Shown here: piece by piece, positions 58,586 to 64,000 of the stretch
Numbering within the stretch: position 1 is the stretch's first letter
Layout: each line of letters starts with the position of its first letter
Assembly: GCA_051003195.1 (NCBI GenBank)
Contig: JBPCLP010000021.1
Coordinates: 192,001-256,000 of the forward strand
Direction: 5' to 3'
Length of the DNA: 64,000 nucleotides
Source of the DNA: Candidatus Sumerlaeaceae bacterium
GTDB taxonomy: Bacteria; Sumerlaeota; Sumerlaeia; Sumerlaeales; Sumerlaeaceae
Made by a program: the position numbers and the translations under genes
The notes under the pieces: model-generated
What the model was told of the DNA's origin: nothing
Database searches by the model: none
Seen by the model: the letters and a program-made list of their open reading frames with translations, nothing else

Positions 58586-61500
58586 TTGAGCCTGCAACTG
58601 CCACGCTGGGTTGCGGGTACAGTCTGGATTGGACTGGTATGCGGTGTCTCCATCTGGATGCACGGGCAGACAAATCGTCCGTTAGCCTCTACGCCCGCTA
58701 CTGCCAGGGCTGGAGTTGCGCGTCTATCCCCACCAGCGCATCCGCAAAACGGAAGCTATCCACAATTGCAGCAAGCCCCTGCAACTGCATCTCCGGCAGT
58801 CGCTGAGACGGAGGCGAACGTTCCTGGCGGCTCCAGGGCAATCGAAACCGGAGCCGCGGATATCAATGTCGAGGCTGCCGCCGAGCGAGCAGAGCTCCCG
58901 GCAGCCGCTCTGCTGAAGGACGTGCAATCAGTCAGCCGTTTGAGCGAACGCGACTGGGATCCCGCGGAGTTTGAGCAGCTTGCCGCGCCGTCGTACGAAA
59001 CCACGGATGTGCTTTCGCAGCTTGCGGTCGGTTCGGTGGTCGTACCGCCCCAGATTCTAAGTGTCGAGGAACTGCTGGCAGCCAATCGTCCGGTTGAACC
59101 CATCGGATATGGGGCGCCTGCGATGGGCACCGGCGTGCCGTTTCGAATTGGCACGGGCACGGCTGGGGCCGACCCTGCTGCACCAGGCCCCCTGGCGGCC
59201 GGCAAGGTCGAGATCGAATCAACCGATTACCTGGATTACGACGAAGAGCACAATCACATCTACGGACAGGGGCGTATCGTAGTTCGCTTCGGGGCCTATA
59301 AGCTCGAAGCAGATCGCATCCTGATAGATACCCGAATCCAGGAAGTACAGGCATACGGGCACGTTATCCTGAGTAGCCCTACGGAGTACATGGAGGCCGA
59401 GTCGCTATGGTTTGATGGACTCCACAGTCGCGGCGTAGCATATAATGCGCGCGGTCATACCGGCAACTTCTTTGTACTGGCAGGAGATCCGCACGAGGCC
59501 GATGGTACGACAATTCGCCAGGTGAGCGAGGCAGAAACTGTCATGAAGGACTCCTGCTTTACGATGTGCGATTTTCCGGTGCCACATTATCGGATTCGTG
59601 CGAAGGAGTTCACGATCATTAATAACGAGCGGATTTTCGCCAGCAATGTTGTGCTGTACGTGCTGGAGTGCCCTGTGCTGTGGCTGCCCTATTTCACGCG
59701 TGCCATGAATGATGAGAATCCCTTTGGCATCAGCGGGGGTATCGATTCGCAATTAGGATTCTTCGTCCGGCTGCACTACGATTACCGACACAGCTGTTTT
59801 ACGCCAAGCGACGTTGATGATCGGCTGATGATACGAGCATCAAGCGGACACGCGCGCCTGCGGCTGGATTTTATGTCCAAGCGCGGATTTGGCGAAGGCA
59901 TAAACTACAACTACAACCTCGATTACGGACGCCATTTTGGGCGGCTTGATGCGTATCACATAGCGGACAGCCAACGCAATGTCGATGGCGAAACCGGAAC
60001 GGAACGCAATTACCTGGATTGGTATCACCGGAGCCGAATCACCGATGAACTCGACTACATGATAGACGTGAACTATGCCAGCGATCCGGATATTTATTAC
60101 GACATCCTGGATCGGCTACGTGGATCGGGAGAGCCCCGCCAGGGCCGGTTCCCGGAACGGAGTCTACAAACCGGGTTGGAGTGGACGTGTGACGACTTCT
60201 TTGCCGGGATCCAGATAGAATTAAAAGACCGCATCGGACGAAACCGGGTCTCGAATTTTGGAGAGTTCCGCGATGGAGATTTCGACTTTGACCGCAGTTA
60301 CAATAACGAAGGATTCTTCACGCTGACCGCTCCCGGTGTGGGACCGGACGGGAATTTTTATCCAAACGCGGGGATCTACACAGATCCTTCTACTTTGCAG
60401 GAAGACATCGACGCGGGTGTGGCTTCAAGCCGCTATGGGCGGGTCAGCGAGAGGCTGCCACAGCTGACGGTTTCTTCCAACCGGATGCGCTTATGGTGCC
60501 TGCCATTGTGGTACCACGTAGACCTGAACGTTTTCAACAACCTGGACAAAGGGTTGAACATCGTAAGTACGCGAGACGACAGTTTTGTGCAGGGCTTCGA
60601 CCTGTATCAATCCATCTCCCACCTCGCCAAATTCTGTGAGCGGTACACGCTGCTGACCAAGGCAGGGCTGGGTATGGGTGTCGCCCAGCGCGACGACGAT
60701 TCGTACAATCTCGACTTTCCTGCAGGCGCAACTTTCCCGTTCATTTACAACGGTCAGAGAATCAACGGACAGCCGCTCGGCCTGACATTTGTCGACAAGG
60801 ACACATTCCTCGTGGGTGAACGGCAAATGAGCCTTTCGGATGTGGATCCAGCATTTGTCTACGGGGACCTCGACAGCAGGTTCAATGCGAGAATATCTGA
60901 GTGCCTGAGTGCTTTCATCAGGTATCGCTTCAGGGAAGGGACCGATAATAACCTGGGGACCTTCTACGAATCGATGGGTGCGCGTAAAAGCATGGATGAC
61001 TTGTATGCGTTTCGCACACCGGAGCATTGGATTGAAAGTGGTCTTTCCTACCAGTTAGATAATCCGCGCTTAAGTGCCAATATGACCTTCGGCCAGAACT
61101 TGCAGACGGAAGGCGATGTTACCCCGAACGAGCTACTCGGTTACAGCAACCTGTCGCTCACCTATACCAATTTGTGCAACACCCTGGTGTTAAATGGAGG
61201 TGTCGGCTTCCAGGAACGACAGATGCGCGATCCTACTGATCCCAACGCTTTCGTCCAGAACGCTGCCACGTACTATGTGAGCGGCTCGTATTTGCCAATT
61301 CACCAGAGATGGTGGACCCGCATGTCAGCCTTCTTCATCGATAACAACGACATCGATCCGCTTGGTTTAAGCGCGAGCGGCACCCGGGATCTGGATACGC
61401 GCGACGAAGCCATCCTGGATTACGCGCTCGGTCGCAAGATTGGGCCTAAATACCTTGTGGAATTCCGAAGTGTAATGCGAACGCGCACGACGGAGAATGA

Positions 61501-61738
61501 AGACTCGTACCTGCGGCTGGAACGCGATTTCCACGACATGGTCGCCGGTGTTTCCGTCGGCATTCGTTCGCGAAATCGGCTATCCACCGAAGACGAAGGA
61601 ACGGCGAAGGACAATTTCCAGGTGCGTTTCAATATGCGCTTTAAACCGTCGAATGAAAAGGGTGTAAGTCCTACGGTCACTCGTTCGTCGAAATTGTACA
61701 GTGCAGATCGTGTAAGCGGTTTCGAGCGCGGAGGTTGA
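58586..61738 (+). CDS. LptD-like LPS assembly outer membrane protein
   Basis: OstA-like jellyroll region (LEADRI, A.GHV), FTMCDFPVPHYRIRA, PVLWLPY, long beta-strand C-terminus; adjacent to the LptF/G gene. Confidence 0.8.
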   Translation: MSLQLPRWVAGTVWIGLVCGVSIWMHGQTNRPLASTPATARAGVARLSPPAHPQNGSYPQLQQAPATASPAVAETEANVPGGSRAIETGAADINVEAAAERAELPAAALLKDVQSVSRLSERDWDPAEFEQLAAPSYETTDVLSQLAVGSVVVPPQILSVEELLAANRPVEPIGYGAPAMGTGVPFRIGTGTAGADPAAPGPLAAGKVEIESTDYLDYDEEHNHIYGQGRIVVRFGAYKLEADRILIDTRIQEVQAYGHVILSSPTEYMEAESLWFDGLHSRGVAYNARGHTGNFFVLAGDPHEADGTTIRQVSEAETVMKDSCFTMCDFPVPHYRIRAKEFTIINNERIFASNVVLYVLECPVLWLPYFTRAMNDENPFGISGGIDSQLGFFVRLHYDYRHSCFTPSDVDDRLMIRASSGHARLRLDFMSKRGFGEGINYNYNLDYGRHFGRLDAYHIADSQRNVDGETGTERNYLDWYHRSRITDELDYMIDVNYASDPDIYYDILDRLRGSGEPRQGRFPERSLQTGLEWTCDDFFAGIQIELKDRIGRNRVSNFGEFRDGDFDFDRSYNNEGFFTLTAPGVGPDGNFYPNAGIYTDPSTLQEDIDAGVASSRYGRVSERLPQLTVSSNRMRLWCLPLWYHVDLNVFNNLDKGLNIVSTRDDSFVQGFDLYQSISHLAKFCERYTLLTKAGLGMGVAQRDDDSYNLDFPAGATFPFIYNGQRINGQPLGLTFVDKDTFLVGERQMSLSDVDPAFVYGDLDSRFNARISECLSAFIRYRFREGTDNNLGTFYESMGARKSMDDLYAFRTPEHWIESGLSYQLDNPRLSANMTFGQNLQTEGDVTPNELLGYSNLSLTYTNLCNTLVLNGGVGFQERQMRDPTDPNAFVQNAATYYVSGSYLPIHQRWWTRMSAFFIDNNDIDPLGLSASGTRDLDTRDEAILDYALGRKIGPKYLVEFRSVMRTRTTENEDSYLRLERDFHDMVAGVSVGIRSRNRLSTEDEGTAKDNFQVRFNMRFKPSNEKGVSPTVTRSSKLYSADRVSGFERGG

Positions 61739-61769
61739 CGGCGGTGTTTTTGGGCAAAGGAGTGAGGTT

Positions 61770-62162
61770 ATGACTGAGAAAAAGAAGATTCTGGCCGTAG
61801 ATGATGAAAGCGACGTTCTGCTGATTCTGAAAACGGCGCTGATTAGCGAAGGTTACCAGGTATTTACGGCGACCAATGGGCCCGATGCTATTGCGTTGGC
61901 CCGGGAACACACGCCGGACCTGATGGTGCTGGATATGATGATGCCGGACATGAATGGTTTTGAAACACTACGGCATATTCGGGATGGTTCGGCTACACAA
62001 GGTGTTCCAGTGATCATGCTGACCGGGGTGTCCGATAAGGATAAGATTCGGCAGGCTCTCGATCTTGGAATCGATTACTATATTGTAAAACCGTTTGAAT
62101 TTCATGACCTGATAGCGAAGGTAAAGCTGGCGATCTCGGACTCCAGTCGCCCTCCGATCTGA
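61770..62162 (+). CDS. Single-domain response regulator
   Basis: AAGGAGTGAGG RBS; AVDDE, LDMMMP, MLT, YIVKPF. Confidence 0.95.
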   Translation: MTEKKKILAVDDESDVLLILKTALISEGYQVFTATNGPDAIALAREHTPDLMVLDMMMPDMNGFETLRHIRDGSATQGVPVIMLTGVSDKDKIRQALDLGIDYYIVKPFEFHDLIAKVKLAISDSSRPPI

Positions 62163-62199
62163 GGCGCAGGTGAGGTGCCGCCGCCTTTAGCGCAGAGGT

Positions 62200-62946
62200 T
62201 TAGCGCAGGGGTTCCGCAGAGGTTTGTATGGAGTCCGCCTGTGTCAGCGCCCAGTAAGCACGCATCGCAGCCTGGTTCTCTGCGATTTTTTTCCGTGCAC
62301 CCTCGCCCCGGCCTTTGATTTCGCCATTTACCCGCACAACGACTTCAAACTGCTTGTTATGATCGGGGCCGCTTTCGCTGATAATATCATACTCCGGAAC
62401 TGTCTGCGAGAATTTTTGCACATGCTCCTGAAGCATCGATTTGTAATCACCGAACTCGTCGGTGGCAGAAAGCACGCGCGCCGGCTCGAAGATTTCTTTT
62501 TCCAGGAAGCGCATCATCGGCTGAATGCCAAAATCGATATACATGGCCCCTACAACGGCCTCCAGGGCGCTGCCGAGCAAGGCCGGACGTTCCCGGCCAC
62601 CGTGCAGTTCCTCGCCCTTGCCCAGCAGAATCAACTGCCCGAAACCTAATTCGAATGCGCGTTTACCAAGTACCCCGCGACTGATCATTTGGGACTTGTA
62701 CTTGGACAATACACCTTCCCGCGAACGAGGATACTCGTTAAACAGGTATTCCGAAACAACGAGCCCGAGCACGGCGTCGCCCAGAAACTCCAGCCGTTCG
62801 TTGTCGTGCTCCAGCTGCATTTCAAAGGCGTAGCTGCTGTGAGTCAATGCGCGGTCGAGAAGCGCCAGGTCTCCCATCATGGCAAGGCCGTGCTGTTCGA
62901 GGAATCGCACAAGCCTTATCGTTCTCTCTGGGCTGAGGTTTTTCAA
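62200..62946 (-). CDS. rnc: Ribonuclease III
   Basis: ALTHSS, NERLEFLGDAVL, EAVVGAMYID, DYKSMLQE, GPDH, dsRNA-binding domain. Confidence 0.97.
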   Translation of the reverse strand: MKNLSPERTIRLVRFLEQHGLAMMGDLALLDRALTHSSYAFEMQLEHDNERLEFLGDAVLGLVVSEYLFNEYPRSREGVLSKYKSQMISRGVLGKRAFELGFGQLILLGKGEELHGGRERPALLGSALEAVVGAMYIDFGIQPMMRFLEKEIFEPARVLSATDEFGDYKSMLQEHVQKFSQTVPEYDIISESGPDHNKQFEVVVRVNGEIKGRGEGARKKIAENQAAMRAYWALTQADSIQTSAEPLR

Positions 62947-63029
62947 ATGCAGTTCAGTCTTTATGGGATCCGTACAAATGCACAGTCTTTATGCACATTG
63001 CGAATTGCTCTAGGCAACATTTACTTCAC

Positions 63030-63998
63030 TTATTGGATGGGTGAGCTCACGCGCTGGAGGGCTGGCGGGTATTCTGCGCTCAGCGCATCGAGCACGATTC
63101 TGCCCGTGGCCTTCAGCGCCTCCTGGTCCTGGGCAATATAAACGTCCTTAACAACCAATGGATACAGGGGCTGGTCCGACTCGGACGAGCGCTCAGGAAC
63201 CAGGTCTTTCACAAGGCAGGTTGCACGCCGCCATTCTCCTGACCAATAGATTCCTTTTCCACCTTCTGTAAAATCCGCGGTAAAAGTAGTTCCGCGCGAA
63301 TCAACCAGGTTTGCACGCAGCCACTCCTGTTTGCCATCGCCGAGAATCCATACGCCCAGTTTTACGGGAGCCCGTTCAAGCAATCCACCCACTGGCACGT
63401 TGATGCGGCTTCTTCCATTACCGCGCATCGCATATTGCACCGCCACTGCACCCGTGCCTTCCTTATGATCGGCCACTACCTGCTGGATCCCCGTTGCGCC
63501 GGCATCATAATTTGTCCCAGTCAGAGAGAGGTGACGGTCCATGCTGTCAAATGAGGCGAGCACAGTGTGGCTGCTTTGATCCACAAAGTACGGGAGCGAT
63601 CTCACCGTCTGCCCTATGGACACTTGCAACTCGCCGGCTCCCGCGCGCTTTCCCTCGATCTTGATACGGTCGCAGGCAATACTACCACCGGCAGCTACGA
63701 CGTTTATCATTTCTGGCTGAAGTACCATGCCTGCGTCGCGAGACGATAGCTGAACATCCAGCTGCTGTTTCTCCCCACTATCTAACAAGACTGCAGCGGG
63801 TTCGATCCTAAGGCCGGAGAGATCCTGGGCACGAATAGTCAGTTCGCCAGCGGCTGCACCCAGTTCGGCACGCACGGTTCCAGTGCCTGCAGTTTTGCCA
63901 ATCTGCAGTTCAATCGTGTCGCCGGCCGCTTTGGTATGCTCTGAGATGTTTGCGACGATCGCCTGAAGCTGGCCTGCAGGATCGATGGCAACAGGCGT
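63030..63998 (-). CDS. C-terminal part of a large protein with Ig-like and carbohydrate-binding-like domains, 5'-truncated
   Basis: Frame open to the window edge; GVWILGDG...LRANLVD..G...WSGEWR beta-sandwich pattern. Confidence 0.6.
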   Translation of the reverse strand, partial: TPVAIDPAGQLQAIVANISEHTKAAGDTIELQIGKTAGTGTVRAELGAAAGELTIRAQDLSGLRIEPAAVLLDSGEKQQLDVQLSSRDAGMVLQPEMINVVAAGGSIACDRIKIEGKRAGAGELQVSIGQTVRSLPYFVDQSSHTVLASFDSMDRHLSLTGTNYDAGATGIQQVVADHKEGTGAVAVQYAMRGNGRSRINVPVGGLLERAPVKLGVWILGDGKQEWLRANLVDSRGTTFTADFTEGGKGIYWSGEWRRATCLVKDLVPERSSESDQPLYPLVVKDVYIAQDQEALKATGRIVLDALSAEYPPALQRVSSPIQ

Positions 63999-64000
63999 GT

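Overview
A 64-kb bacterial chromosomal window, roughly 55-60% GC, from a diderm organism (lptD/lptF-type genes). It mixes scattered housekeeping genes (htpG, pyrD, hemA, pntA1/pntA2/pntB, prfA, dnaK, pilT, rnc) with many secreted or surface proteins: a 2247-aa matrixin/FG-GAP protein, glycoside hydrolases, an amidase and type IV pilin-like proteins. The prepilin family ending YDxTNGTxSxG and the C-terminal AVx(E)DWxxY tails resemble what I recall from Candidatus Sumerlaeota (BRC1); this assignment is an inference. Main observations: (1) three unrelated exported proteins share a short C-terminal AVx(E)DWxxY motif without a membrane anchor, and a fourth ends in PVSVSTFSME, suggesting a lineage-specific sorting or secretion signal, with two of the three DW..Y proteins next to pilin-like genes; (2) a clear cobalamin riboswitch precedes one of these proteins, a candidate novel B12-scavenging surface protein; (3) pntA1 is inverted relative to pntA2-pntB; (4) composite MITE/REP elements occur at three loci, plus two other REP-like loci, one enclosing a promoter and boxA with no gene; (5) one intact toxin-antitoxin pair and two toxin-antitoxin remnants fused in frame to divergent genes; (6) a sigma54-type promoter at dnaK. 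I found no rRNA, tRNA, CRISPR array, transposase or integrase.
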